A stretch of DNA of 63,410 nucleotides, counting the filler, from an uncultured Methanosarcinales archaeon (lineage in GTDB: Archaea; Nanobdellota; Nanobdellia; Woesearchaeales; JACPBV01), in the NCBI GenBank assembly GCA_964492935.1. It is 4 parts of 4 records of this genome, joined end to end, with 100 filler letters (N's around TTAATTAATTAA, not from the genome) between each part and the next. Parts side by side here need not be neighbours in the genome. Positions count along the whole stretch, not along the records: positions 38,554 to 57,590 come from CAZBLF010000026.1; positions 57,691 to 63,410 come from CAZBLF010000045.1; 2 more parts are not named here. One strand, 5' to 3'. A model generated the notes under the pieces. It saw only the letters and a list, made by a program, of their open reading frames with translations. It was not told the DNA's origin and searched no databases. Shown here piece after piece: positions 49,115-58,904 of this stretch (positions are counted from its first letter, which is position 1; each line of letters opens with the position of its first letter). The translations under genes and the position numbers were made by a program.

Positions 49115-50101
49115 TTATTTCTTCTGGAATAATGCTCTGATTTCTTTTCCGACGACTTCGATCGGATGTTTTGCTTCTTCTTCTCGCATTGCTTTGAGTT
49201 TTGGAAGTCCTTGTTCGTATTCGTCCATCCATTCTTTAGCGAATGTGCCATCTTCTACGTCGTCAAGCATTTTCTTCATGTTTTGCTTGACTTCTGGGAT
49301 GATGATTTGTTTGCCTCGTGTTCTTCCACCATATTCTGCGGTGTTACTTACAACATCGTACATATGGGTGAGGCCGCCTTTGTAGACTAGGTCGACAATT
49401 AATTTCATTTCGTGCATGCACTCGAAGTAGGCCATTTCTGGAGGATATCCTTTTTCAGTTAATGTTTCGAAGCCGGCTTTCATTAGCTCTGCTACTCCTC
49501 CGCATAATACTGATTGTTCTCCGAAGAGGTCTTCATAGGCTTCTTGCTCGAAGGTGCACTCTATGATTCCAGCTCTGCTTAGACCACAGGCTTTTGCCAT
49601 GCTTAGTGCTACTGCTTTTGCATTCCCTGAGATGTCTTTATGTACTGCAATTAATCCGGGAACGCCGAAACCTTCTTCGAACGTTCTCCTGACTTCTGTT
49701 CCGGGTGCTTTAGGAGCTACCATGATTGCATCTACGTCTTCAGGAGGGGTAATGCGGTTGAAACAGACGTTAAAACCGTGGGACCAGGATAATGTTTTTC
49801 CTGCTTTAACGTGTTGTTTGATGTGTTGCTCGTAGACTTCTTTCTGGCATTCATCTGGGATCAGAATATGGATGATGTCGGCTTTCTGTGCTGCATCGGA
49901 AATGGTTGCAACTTCTAGGCCCTCTTCTTTTGCTTTATTCCAAGAAACTCCATTCTCTCTTACTCCTACGATAATTGAGATTCCTGAATCTTTCATGCAC
50001 AGAGATTGTGCTCGGCCTTGTGCTCCATAGCCAATAACTGCTACGGTTTTGCCTTGTAACGCATCTAGCGTTGTTTGATCGTCTGTTATTACATTTACCA
50101 T
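49115..50101 (-). CDS. ilvC: Ketol-acid reductoisomerase
   Basis: IGYGAQG, HGFN, APKAPG, DLFGEQ.VLCGG, YFECMHE, SNTAEYG. Confidence 0.96.
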   Translation of the reverse strand: MVNVITDDQTTLDALQGKTVAVIGYGAQGRAQSLCMKDSGISIIVGVRENGVSWNKAKEEGLEVATISDAAQKADIIHILIPDECQKEVYEQHIKQHVKAGKTLSWSHGFNVCFNRITPPEDVDAIMVAPKAPGTEVRRTFEEGFGVPGLIAVHKDISGNAKAVALSMAKACGLSRAGIIECTFEQEAYEDLFGEQSVLCGGVAELMKAGFETLTEKGYPPEMAYFECMHEMKLIVDLVYKGGLTHMYDVVSNTAEYGGRTRGKQIIIPEVKQNMKKMLDDVEDGTFAKEWMDEYEQGLPKLKAMREEEAKHPIEVVGKEIRALFQKK

Positions 50102-50332
50102 TTACTGCACCTCGATTACTTCGATACTATCGTTTAATTTGTTTAGTTGTCCTAGTACTATTTTCTTAATATAGTCGTCAGCGGGAAATACGATGGTGAC
50201 TTCCTTGTTGTTTTCTTTGCTGATTGCGTGGATTTCTTCTATTGCGAAGCCACGACGTGCGAAGATTTGTATTACTCTGGGAAGTGCTCCTACCGAATCT
50301 TTGATGGTTACTTTTACCGTTTTATTCTCCAT
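50102..50332 (-). CDS. ilvH: Acetolactate synthase small (ACT) subunit
   Basis: G.L.RV..IFARRG..I, QLNKL; lies between ilvB and ilvC. Confidence 0.85.
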   Translation of the reverse strand: MENKTVKVTIKDSVGALPRVIQIFARRGFAIEEIHAISKENNKEVTIVFPADDYIKKIVLGQLNKLNDSIEVIEVQ

Positions 50333-52046
50333 CGAAATACCTCGGCTTTACTAATGGACAGTTTCGCCCTAGAAGCATTTCGGTGTTCTTTCCTAGTGGC
50401 GGTACTAAGGGTATGCCATTATCTACTGGACTTGTTGCTATATCGACTAAGAATACTTTATCGGATTCCATTCCTTGTTTCATTGCTTCCTGGATTTCGG
50501 AGGTTTTTGTAACTTTAATGCCCTCTGCACCGAGAGATTGGGCAAGTTTTACGAAGTCGGTGTGTTTGCCAAATTCTGTGGCAATCTTGCGTCCTTCGTA
50601 AAAGGTTTTTTGCCATTGCTGTACGATGGCATAGCCACCATTGTTCAATAATGCTATTGTGAGGGGGATGTCGTTTTCTACCGCTGTTGCGATTTCTTGA
50701 CAGACCATGATTAAGCTTCCATCTCCGGAAATATCTATTACTGGTTGATCTGGTTTAGCAACTTTTGCTCCGATTGCTGCGGGTAGACCGAAACCCATGG
50801 TTCCTGCTCCGGCACTGGTGAGGAAATTTCTTGGATTCTTTACATTCAGGAAATGAGTTGCAAACATCTGGTGATGGCCTACTTCGGTGGTGACGATGGC
50901 GTTATCTGGCAAGACTTCATTAATTTCTTTGATGATGGTTTCTGGTCTGATGGGGGTTTCATCACTCGCTATATTGCAGCTGCACTCTGTGTCTAGCGCT
51001 TTTACTCGTTTTCTCCAAAGGTTTTCTTTTCCCTGAAGTTGCTTTTCCGCTGCAACTGCCAAAATTGATTGTAATGCTGTTTTTGCATCGGTAACAATGC
51101 CCATTTCTACTGCGACATTCTTTCCTATTTCGGTAGCATCGATATCGATATGGATTATTTTTGCGTTGGGTGCGAATGCAGAAATATCGCCGGTGATTCT
51201 ATCTGAAAAGCGTGTTCCAATTGCTAGGATGACATCGCAATTAGCTATTGAGTGATTAACTACCTGGCGTCCATGCATTCCGATCTGACCCAATGCTAGT
51301 GGATGCGTGGTAGGGATTGCGCCTTTCGCGGTGATGGTTGTAGCTACGTAGCACTTTAGGAGTTCTGCAAGCTTTGTTAGTTCAAATCCTGCATTAGCGA
51401 TGGTGACGCCGCCTCCTGCTAAGATCATAGGACGTTCTGCGTTAAAGATAATGTCTACCACTTTGCTGAATATCTCTGTAGATACTGCTGGGAGTGTTTT
51501 TAGTGGGGCGTATTTGAAGGTATCTTGATTGAGTTCGAAGTCTCCTACCATGGTGTCTTTTGGAAGGTCAATGAGGACGGGTCCTGGACGTCCGGAAAGA
51601 GAGATATTAAACGCATCACGCGTATTTTGATAGGCATCTTCAGGTTTTTCTAGTCTGAAATTGTGTTTTGTTATCGGTAAGGTTACTCCAAACGTATCGG
51701 TTTCCTGAAATGCATCTTTTCCAAGTAATTTTGTTGGAACTTGACCGGTAAGTGCTACAATCGGAACGGAATCCATGAATGCATCTGCTATTCCTGTGAT
51801 TAGGTTTGTGGCTCCTGGACCAGAGGTGCCCATACAGACCCCTACTTTTCCGAGAACTCGTGCATAGCCTTCTGCTGCATGTGCTGCTCCTTGCTCGTGC
51901 CGCATATGAATGTGTTTTATGTTAGATTCCTTATGAAATTCATCATATAAGGGTAGGGCTGCACCGCCTGGAATGCCAAAAAGCGTATCTGCTTTTTCGT
52001 CTAATAACGCTTGAACAATGCCCCGTGCTCCTTTGATGGTTGTCAT
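50322..52046 (-). CDS. ilvB: Acetolactate synthase large subunit
   Basis: FGIPGGA, RHEQGAAH, TSGPGATN, GTMGFGLPAAIG, GDGS..NN. Confidence 0.95.
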   Translation of the reverse strand: MTTIKGARGIVQALLDEKADTLFGIPGGAALPLYDEFHKESNIKHIHMRHEQGAAHAAEGYARVLGKVGVCMGTSGPGATNLITGIADAFMDSVPIVALTGQVPTKLLGKDAFQETDTFGVTLPITKHNFRLEKPEDAYQNTRDAFNISLSGRPGPVLIDLPKDTMVGDFELNQDTFKYAPLKTLPAVSTEIFSKVVDIIFNAERPMILAGGGVTIANAGFELTKLAELLKCYVATTITAKGAIPTTHPLALGQIGMHGRQVVNHSIANCDVILAIGTRFSDRITGDISAFAPNAKIIHIDIDATEIGKNVAVEMGIVTDAKTALQSILAVAAEKQLQGKENLWRKRVKALDTECSCNIASDETPIRPETIIKEINEVLPDNAIVTTEVGHHQMFATHFLNVKNPRNFLTSAGAGTMGFGLPAAIGAKVAKPDQPVIDISGDGSLIMVCQEIATAVENDIPLTIALLNNGGYAIVQQWQKTFYEGRKIATEFGKHTDFVKLAQSLGAEGIKVTKTSEIQEAMKQGMESDKVFLVDIATSPVDNGIPLVPPLGKNTEMLLGRNCPLVKPRYFDGE

Positions 52047-52129
52047 GCTGTTTTCACTAACCCGAATCTGGGACGATTTATAAATTTGATGGTACAAATG
52101 TTTTTAAACATAGTCAGAACTAGGACTTT

Positions 52130-52807
52130 ATGGGTGAAGCGATTTTTTCTCTGTATTCAAGATCGGTGGGTGCAAAAGTATGTTCTGGCTTTTTAACTGC
52201 TGGGAGTTATGTTCTTCCGGTGGTTTGTGAGGAGGCTGCTAAGCCACAAACAGAGTTAAGTCCTCTTGAAAAGATGGAGATTAAACCGAATTACCAGGGG
52301 ATATTTGATGCACTTAGGACTGCAAAAGGAGTAAAGAGGGTACGGGATAAGGAGACTGATTCTTATTCTATCGATTTGATTTCTGGTCCTCGGTATGTGT
52401 CTGATGATAAATCGTACAGGATTAAGTTCGTTGAGGCTACTTTCCTTGATGCAGGGAAAAAAGGGGCGGTGGATCATGATTTCCTTGGAGTCCAGATGGT
52501 GTACGAAAAAGGTACTGAAAAGCGAGCTTTTTGGATCAATTATTTCTTCAAGGATAAACATACTCTGGTAGGTACCCTCATGAAAGGCGGGGATGGGAAG
52601 GATGCTGATGCACAATTTGGGCATCTGAAAGAGGAAGTTCTTCCGTTACTGAGGATTGAGCTTGAGGGGAGAGCGAAGAAGCAAAAGAAACCTCCTAAGC
52701 GAGATAGGCGTTTTAAAGCAGATCCTTCCTCTTTTGCTGGAAACGTTCCTTCCTTTCAAAGGATAGGTTCTCGAATTCCTCGAAGAGTGCAACATCGCTT
52801 CTCATAA
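52130..52807 (+). CDS. Hypothetical protein
   Basis: 225 aa ORF with basic C-terminal tail and no recognisable motif. Confidence 0.6.
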   Translation: MGEAIFSLYSRSVGAKVCSGFLTAGSYVLPVVCEEAAKPQTELSPLEKMEIKPNYQGIFDALRTAKGVKRVRDKETDSYSIDLISGPRYVSDDKSYRIKFVEATFLDAGKKGAVDHDFLGVQMVYEKGTEKRAFWINYFFKDKHTLVGTLMKGGDGKDADAQFGHLKEEVLPLLRIELEGRAKKQKKPPKRDRRFKADPSSFAGNVPSFQRIGSRIPRRVQHRFS

Positions 52808-52845
52808 ACCATACATTTTTTAAGTATTAGAAAATTAATGTAGTT

Positions 52846-53925
52846 ATGAAAGTACTCATTCACTACAACGAGATTGGATTGAAGGGGCGTAACTTGCCTT
52901 TCTTCGAGAAGACTTTGTCAGATACTATTCGGAAGCGTTTTTCTTCTGTTAAGATTGTTAAGGATAGTAAGCGGTTTATTGCTGATTTAAGTGGGAGTCG
53001 TAAATCTATTTCAGCTGAGCTGAATACCCTCTTTGGTATTAGTTCGTTTTCTTTTATTGAGACTTGTGATGCGGATGTGGAGGTGTTGAAGAAGAAAGCT
53101 GTTTCGCTGATGAAGAAGGTTTCTGATAAGAAGCACTTTGCGGTTGCTGCGAAGCGTTCGGATAAGAAGTTTGCTTTGAGTTCTCCTGAAGTTAATGTGT
53201 TGATTGGTAAGGAAGCTGAGAAGTTGGGTTTTTCTATAGATCTTACTTCGCCTACGGTTACTCTTTATATTGAAATTACGCACAAGGGCTGTTATTTGTA
53301 TACGTCTAAGGAGCCTGGTTTGGGAGGGTTGCCGGTTGGAACTGCGGGAAAGGTGCTTTGTTTGTTATCTGGCGGCATTGATAGCTCGGTTGCTGCATAT
53401 TTGATGATGAAGCGTGGTTGTCGCGTTGATTTTTTGCATTTTCACAATTTTTTGGATGAGAAGCGTGTTGAAAAATCGAAGATTCCTAAATTGGTGGCGG
53501 TTGCTGACAGATATCAGGGCAATTCTAAGTTGTTTTTGGAGGCGTATAGCTCGTATGAAGAGTTGACAATGGGTAAAATACCTGCTGCGTATGATTTATG
53601 CTTTTTTAAGAATTATATGTTGAGGATGGCTGATGCACTTTGCAAGAAAAAAGGGTATAAGGCAATTATTACTGGTGATAGTGTTGGGCAGGTTGCATCT
53701 CAGACGTTAGATAATTTGAATGCTACCTCTTATTTAGTGGATTCAACTATTTTGCGTCCTTTAATTGGTTTTGATAAAGAAGAGATTATCGATGTGGCTC
53801 GCGAAATTGGAACTTTTTCTTTAAGTGTTGAGAAGTATCAGGACTGTTGTAGTATTATGGCTAAGAAAGCTGAGACTTCTGTAAAGATTAAAATAATGGA
53901 AGAATTGTTGAAGAAGATTCAATAA
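52846..53925 (+). CDS. thiI: tRNA 4-thiouridine synthase (THUMP plus PP-loop, no rhodanese domain)
   Basis: EIGLKGRN, GGLPVGT, LSGGIDS, GDSVGQVASQT, RPLIG.DK, DCC. Confidence 0.92.
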   Translation: MKVLIHYNEIGLKGRNLPFFEKTLSDTIRKRFSSVKIVKDSKRFIADLSGSRKSISAELNTLFGISSFSFIETCDADVEVLKKKAVSLMKKVSDKKHFAVAAKRSDKKFALSSPEVNVLIGKEAEKLGFSIDLTSPTVTLYIEITHKGCYLYTSKEPGLGGLPVGTAGKVLCLLSGGIDSSVAAYLMMKRGCRVDFLHFHNFLDEKRVEKSKIPKLVAVADRYQGNSKLFLEAYSSYEELTMGKIPAAYDLCFFKNYMLRMADALCKKKGYKAIITGDSVGQVASQTLDNLNATSYLVDSTILRPLIGFDKEEIIDVAREIGTFSLSVEKYQDCCSIMAKKAETSVKIKIMEELLKKIQ

Positions 53926-53934
53926 CCTTGGTGG

Positions 53935-54336
53935 TCAGTGAGCCATGTATACTTCATCGCTATCGGACAATTCCTCAGTCATTGGAGGAAGGTACGTTAT
54001 TGGATTGGGTTGTGAGTCAGGATTGATACCGTGCCTTCTTGGATTGACTCCTAGGTTAGAAACATAGTTCCACATACTCTCTAAAACCGCCTGTATAACT
54101 CCCGGATCATAATCAGCATTCTTCACTTGAGAAACTGCATTCCTTAAAGGAACTCCTCTTAGGCCTGCTGTAAATTGATCTATGCTGCCATTTGCTTCTG
54201 GCATTGCCGTGTGCAAAGATGCACCAATGTCCTCAATCAATCCTTGAGGGATTTTCAGATCAGGATCTTGCCTCATCCTGTCTCGTTCCTTCATTTCGAT
54301 TGGTAATTGTAGTCCTGACAATGCCATATTAATCAT
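53935..54336 (-). CDS. Hypothetical protein
   Basis: 133 aa ORF with weak similarity to its neighbour 54352-54738. Confidence 0.55.
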   Translation of the reverse strand: MINMALSGLQLPIEMKERDRMRQDPDLKIPQGLIEDIGASLHTAMPEANGSIDQFTAGLRGVPLRNAVSQVKNADYDPGVIQAVLESMWNYVSNLGVNPRRHGINPDSQPNPITYLPPMTEELSDSDEVYMAH

Positions 54337-54351
54337 CTCCTGGTATATCGT

Positions 54352-54738
54352 TTATCGGTGGACTCTTCCTGGTCGCTCTCGAGGAAGTTCTATTCCCATG
54401 TGAGCGGCGAGTGTTGGATGAGCATTTCCTCTAATTCCTAATCCAATGAGATATTTAGCAACCTCATCTTCTGGCGTCTCTGTAAAGTAGTCTCCGAGTT
54501 TGTCCAATGAGACTCCTGGAGGGAGATTAGACCTTACTCTGGAAACTGCTTCATTAATGCCTCTCCCTTCTCCATCTGGAGAATCCTCCTCAATTTCGTC
54601 AAGACTATTCTGTAGGAAAGAATGTCCACGCTCGGCTGAAATTGGTCGTGTATTGGGAACCGTGAGAAGAACACTTACCGGTCTTCCTCCTGTGCCACTG
54701 CCAAAACCGTTAACTATTAGTCCTGCGTATCTATTCAT
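54352..54738 (-). CDS. Hypothetical protein
   Basis: 128 aa ORF with TTTATAAA upstream on the minus strand. Confidence 0.55.
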   Translation of the reverse strand: MNRYAGLIVNGFGSGTGGRPVSVLLTVPNTRPISAERGHSFLQNSLDEIEEDSPDGEGRGINEAVSRVRSNLPPGVSLDKLGDYFTETPEDEVAKYLIGLGIRGNAHPTLAAHMGIELPRERPGRVHR

Positions 54739-54825
54739 CTTAACTTAACTAACTTTAAATTTAATTTATAAAGCTGATGACACAGTACAGTAAGATTTAT
54801 ATATTCTGACAAGATTCATGGCAAT

Positions 54826-55473
54826 ATGACAACTATCACTACAAAAGTTCATGGTTTTCTGCAGAGACATCCGGTGATTACTCGGTATCTGGATAAGGGG
54901 ATTATTAATTCTAAGGCGTTGGCTGAGCTGATTGATGATGAGGAAAAACTAGAGGGTGCGTATCATGGGATTATTTCTGCGATACGTCGATTTGATATTC
55001 CTAAGCAGCGTCAGGGTATGAAGGAGATTGAAAGGGTTTTGAAGCACTCTAAGATCTCTACGAAAAGTCGATTGGTGCACATTACGTTGTCTCGGGATTT
55101 TGCTTTTCTCTCTGAGGCGTTTCCAAAGATTTTAGCTGCAATTAAACCTGATGTAGGTGAGGTGCTGCGAATTTCTGAGGGTCGGAAATCTTTTAAGATA
55201 TTGGTCGATCAGGCTAATAAGGATGCGATTTTGAAAGTTATCAAAAAGGAGTATGTTCTCGATATTACTGAAGATCTTGCTGAAATCAATATTCAATTTG
55301 GGGAGGGTTTTGATAGAGTGAGGGGAATTCGAGCGACGATTCTTAATGAGATTGCTATTAACAATATCGATATTGAGGAGACGGTTGGATGTTTGCCGGA
55401 ATTTATGATTATTCTGAAAGAAAAAGATATTGGTAAGGCGCACGATGCGTTGTTGACGTTCTTCTACAAATAG
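54826..55473 (+). CDS. Archaeal ACT-like domain protein
   Basis: L..GIIN..ALA..I, AIRR; C-terminal ACT-like region (GI.ATI..EIA.NNI.I.E). Confidence 0.65.
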   Translation: MTTITTKVHGFLQRHPVITRYLDKGIINSKALAELIDDEEKLEGAYHGIISAIRRFDIPKQRQGMKEIERVLKHSKISTKSRLVHITLSRDFAFLSEAFPKILAAIKPDVGEVLRISEGRKSFKILVDQANKDAILKVIKKEYVLDITEDLAEINIQFGEGFDRVRGIRATILNEIAINNIDIEETVGCLPEFMIILKEKDIGKAHDALLTFFYK

Positions 55474-56898
55474 TTACTCAATCTTATTTACGTTTTCTCT
55501 TAGCTTGTGGAAGTCGAAGTCTTTTCCTGACTGGATTGCGAAGGGTGCTATAGCGATTGGGATTATTAATGCTACTATGAATGATTTTAGGAGATTTCCG
55601 CGAGCAAAGGTTGGATCGGGGAAGAGGAAGGCGCCTGCGATTAGGGCTGCTATTGTGCTTAGGATTGCTACTTTGCCTGAATATTTCTTATTGAATAAAC
55701 CGAATAGGGTTGGGAAGACGGCTGCTACACAGATTAAATCTGCAACGAGGAACAGGTATAATACGCTGTATCCTTTTGATGCTACTAGAATTGCGATTCC
55801 TGCTAGAACAAGGGTGAAGGCGCGAGCTGCTCCGATTAGCTTTGCTTTATTGACATGAGGGATTACTCTTACAATATCTACTGCGAAGATGCTGACCATT
55901 GCGTTGAGCAGGGTGTCCATTGATGACATGATTAGGGTTGTTGCTAGAACCATGGTTGTTAGGAGTATCCATGTAGGGGTTGCGTGAAGTAAGAGTGTAA
56001 AGAGTGCTACTGACGGATTTTGAGCTTGTCCTGTGGGAATGGCAAAGAATCCTAATATTCCTACAATGAAAATCGTTACTAGAACGATTAATCCTGCTCC
56101 GATGAAGGAGAGAGACATGATTCTCTTGGTTTTGGGTGCATAGACACGCTGCCAGTTACCCTGGTTAAAGAGTTCTGCTCCGATGATTGCTATTAAGAGT
56201 GTTAGTGCGTATTCTATTCCGTAGGGGTTTGTTGGATTCAGGAGATCGGGGTTTGTGGATGAGACTTGAGTCAGGGTATCTTGGAAGCCTCCAAAAAAGG
56301 AGACGGTTGCGATGAAGATGATTGCTAAAAGTGGGAGAATAAACCAGGTTTGAATTTTGTCGGTGAATAGGGTTGCTTTTAATCCTCCTAGTGAGGTATA
56401 GGCTACGGTTGCAAGACCGATGATTGCGGTTGAGAAGATTAAGGGGGTTTTGAAGACTAATTCGTTGGCTTGTGCTATACCGGATAGTTCTGCTGTTAGG
56501 AAAACGGCCATGTACAAGAGCATGACGATGATAACGATATAGTACATGCCTTTGCCGTATCGTTGTAGGACGTATTCTGTTAGTGAATGTCCATTGGGCA
56601 TTAGTGTTCTTAACCTCTTACCTAGCCAGGCGAAGATGAAGAGGGCTGCGGCTGATGCTATTGCGTATCCTATTAACGCAGTCATTCCTGCGGTGATTGC
56701 TGCTTCGGCTGGACTGAATAGGATCCAGGCGCCCATTCCTGATGCGACTAGGGATGCGATTGCTGCGCCTAATCCTAATGAATTTCTTGAAGAAAGATAG
56801 TCTTCAGCGGTGATATGGTGCTTTTTGCTGTAGATGATTCCTATTGCTGCAAATACGATTGCTGTTAGGATAATGAGTGTTAATCCGAGTGCTTCCAT
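55474..56898 (-). CDS. Sodium:solute symporter family protein
   Basis: YTSLGGLKATLFTD.IQ, WQRVYA, MSSMD; about 13 TM helices. Confidence 0.9.
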   Translation of the reverse strand: MEALGLTLIILTAIVFAAIGIIYSKKHHITAEDYLSSRNSLGLGAAIASLVASGMGAWILFSPAEAAITAGMTALIGYAIASAAALFIFAWLGKRLRTLMPNGHSLTEYVLQRYGKGMYYIVIIVMLLYMAVFLTAELSGIAQANELVFKTPLIFSTAIIGLATVAYTSLGGLKATLFTDKIQTWFILPLLAIIFIATVSFFGGFQDTLTQVSSTNPDLLNPTNPYGIEYALTLLIAIIGAELFNQGNWQRVYAPKTKRIMSLSFIGAGLIVLVTIFIVGILGFFAIPTGQAQNPSVALFTLLLHATPTWILLTTMVLATTLIMSSMDTLLNAMVSIFAVDIVRVIPHVNKAKLIGAARAFTLVLAGIAILVASKGYSVLYLFLVADLICVAAVFPTLFGLFNKKYSGKVAILSTIAALIAGAFLFPDPTFARGNLLKSFIVALIIPIAIAPFAIQSGKDFDFHKLRENVNKIE

Positions 56899-57030
56899 GG
56901 TGCTGTAAAACGGTATTTCTATTAAAAAGGTTTGGAAAATCTCTTATTATTCACATCCCCAGAAAATCTACTATTTTCGCTGGGTTGGGTTAATACGAGG
57001 TTTTTTATTCTCGGTGGGATTGCTTATGTC

Positions 57031-57534
57031 ATGGGAACTGAAGATGCGTTGTTGGCATTGTTGCAGGCTAATACTAAGAACTTGCCGTTGTTTCCGGATG
57101 GGCGGATTAATTATCACGGTGTACGAGAGACTCCGGTGGTTACTATCTTTATTAGGTTTGAGTCGGAGATACTTCTTTTGCAGCGTAGTGAGAAGGTTGC
57201 TCACTATCGGGGTAAATGGAATACGGTTGCAGGGCATTTAGATGAGGTCAAGCCGGTGTGGGAGAAGGCTGCAGAGGAGTTGTCGGAGGAGGTTGGTATT
57301 ACTTCTTCACATATCGCTTCTGTTAAGATGGGTGTTCCTTTCAAGTATGTGGATGAGTCTATAGATAAGGAATGGTTTATTCATCCTCTGCTTGTTGAGT
57401 TGAAGGATAAACCTGCTATTGTTTTAGATTGGGAGCATGATCGGTTTGTGTGGATTACTCCTGGCGAATTGGCTGGTTATGATATTGTTCCGAAAGTGGA
57501 TGTTGGATTGGATCATGTGCTTTCTTTGGAGTAG
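57031..57534 (+). CDS. NUDIX hydrolase
   Basis: LLLQRS..V..Y.GKW..VAG, EELSEEVGI, LDWEH....W. Confidence 0.85.
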   Translation: MGTEDALLALLQANTKNLPLFPDGRINYHGVRETPVVTIFIRFESEILLLQRSEKVAHYRGKWNTVAGHLDEVKPVWEKAAEELSEEVGITSSHIASVKMGVPFKYVDESIDKEWFIHPLLVELKDKPAIVLDWEHDRFVWITPGELAGYDIVPKVDVGLDHVLSLE

Positions 57535-57540
57535 ATTTTT

Positions 57541-57570
57541 GAACTACCACTAGGCTAAAGCCATAGTGGA
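57541..57570. mobile_element. IS200/IS605-end-like hairpin at the contig end
   Basis: AACTA-CCACTAGGC-TAAA-GCCATAGTGG; no transposase is visible. Confidence 0.4.
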
Positions 57571-57590
57571 ATCGTCAAAGTAATCACTTA

Positions 57591-57690
57591 NNNNNNNNNN
57601 NNNNNNNNNNNNNNNNNNNNNNNNNNNNNNNNNNTTAATTAATTAANNNNNNNNNNNNNNNNNNNNNNNNNNNNNNNNNNNNNNNNNNNN
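57591..57690. other. Artificial contig linker
   Basis: N run containing TTAATTAATTAA. Confidence 0.97.
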
Positions 57691-57879
57691 AAAAAGGCGT
57701 ATGTGTTTATTGATAACACGATTGATATTTCTTTGTTTGAGAATTATCCGTTTATTGATGCTTGGGTTAATACGGCTTGTCCAAGAATTGGAATGGATGA
57801 TATTGTGAATGTGAAGCAGCCGTTGGTCAATATTCGAGAGGCGTTTGATCCGGTCAAGGCGTTAGAGGAGCTTGCTTAG
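57691..57879 (+). CDS. dph2: 3' end of diphthamide synthesis protein Dph2 (truncated by gap)
   Basis: Manual translation ...ENYPFIDAWVNTACPRIGMDD...KQPLVN; not in the ORF track. Confidence 0.8.
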   Translation, partial: KKAYVFIDNTIDISLFENYPFIDAWVNTACPRIGMDDIVNVKQPLVNIREAFDPVKALEELA

Positions 57880-57993
57880 TAGCCATCTGGGTGTAACTCA
57901 TTAGGTAGTTTCTGATTGCTTCGATTTCTTTGTTTCTGATTGCATAGTCCGGATTATTGATGAGTCTTCTTACTACTTTCATGAGTGGAGTTT

Positions 57994-58827
57994 TCATGAG
58001 TGTGGGTCTCCGAGTCTTACTGTCTTGAAGGGGAGCCAGCTCATCTGTTCACCCATTTTATAGGCTGAAATTTCTTGGAGGGCGTCTTCATGCATACATC
58101 CAATAAACAGACCTACTTTGGTAGGTCTAGATTTGGGAGCTGCTACCTTTTCGATTACCTGTCCAATTCGGGTGTTTCGGTAGCGGCACTGATCTGCCAT
58201 GGCGTTGCAATAGTCTACAATGTTCTTTCCTTCTGGAGAGTCATGGATTATGGCTTGGAGTAGTTCGTCTTTTTCCCTATCTAGATCTTGGAGGCGTTCT
58301 AATTCCTCATCATTATAGCTTTCTCCGTGCTGGATTAGGACTCCTCTTTTTGCTGATTCTATTACCAGGGGAATTACAAAACTGTAGTCAGTGTGACGGT
58401 TGATTTTCTCTAGTGTGGATTGTATTATTCTAGCTGCAGCCTTATCATCTATCTTGCTCTTAGCTTGTTTTGCTTTCTTGTACTGATGTAGGATGTGGGT
58501 GTAGAAATTATTGATATCTAGTGCTACCTCGTTGTTTAGATAACTGTCTAGGAGAAGTCGATGGTAGGGAGTATCCTTTTCTGCTGCCCCATCTAATTCA
58601 TTGAGAATTTCTTGTAAATCTTTCTTGGTTCCATGTGCGCCTAGTAGGATGGTCATGTCTGGATTGTAATGGCCTTTCCTTCCATATAGAACTGCATCAT
58701 CTGCTATCTCGCTGCTAGCAGGTTTTGCTGGTAAAGAATGGGTTTTAGGTGTGGGTGGAGTATTGCACCCGGTTGCAAGTAAAAGGAGTATCATTGCTTC
58801 AAGAGTTAACTCGCTGACTTTTGGCAT
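57994..58827 (-). CDS. Hypothetical lipoprotein-like protein
   Basis: LLLLATGC lipobox followed by a Pro-rich linker; RN..I and IG..H near the C-terminus. Confidence 0.6.
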   Translation of the reverse strand: MPKVSELTLEAMILLLLATGCNTPPTPKTHSLPAKPASSEIADDAVLYGRKGHYNPDMTILLGAHGTKKDLQEILNELDGAAEKDTPYHRLLLDSYLNNEVALDINNFYTHILHQYKKAKQAKSKIDDKAAARIIQSTLEKINRHTDYSFVIPLVIESAKRGVLIQHGESYNDEELERLQDLDREKDELLQAIIHDSPEGKNIVDYCNAMADQCRYRNTRIGQVIEKVAAPKSRPTKVGLFIGCMHEDALQEISAYKMGEQMSWLPFKTVRLGDPHS

Positions 58828-58904
58828 AGGCTCAGGAATGCATTCTCTTTTATAAATTCAGAGGTACAAAAGTTTTATATAGCCTTTCTCTCAGTTATGG
58901 GGTT

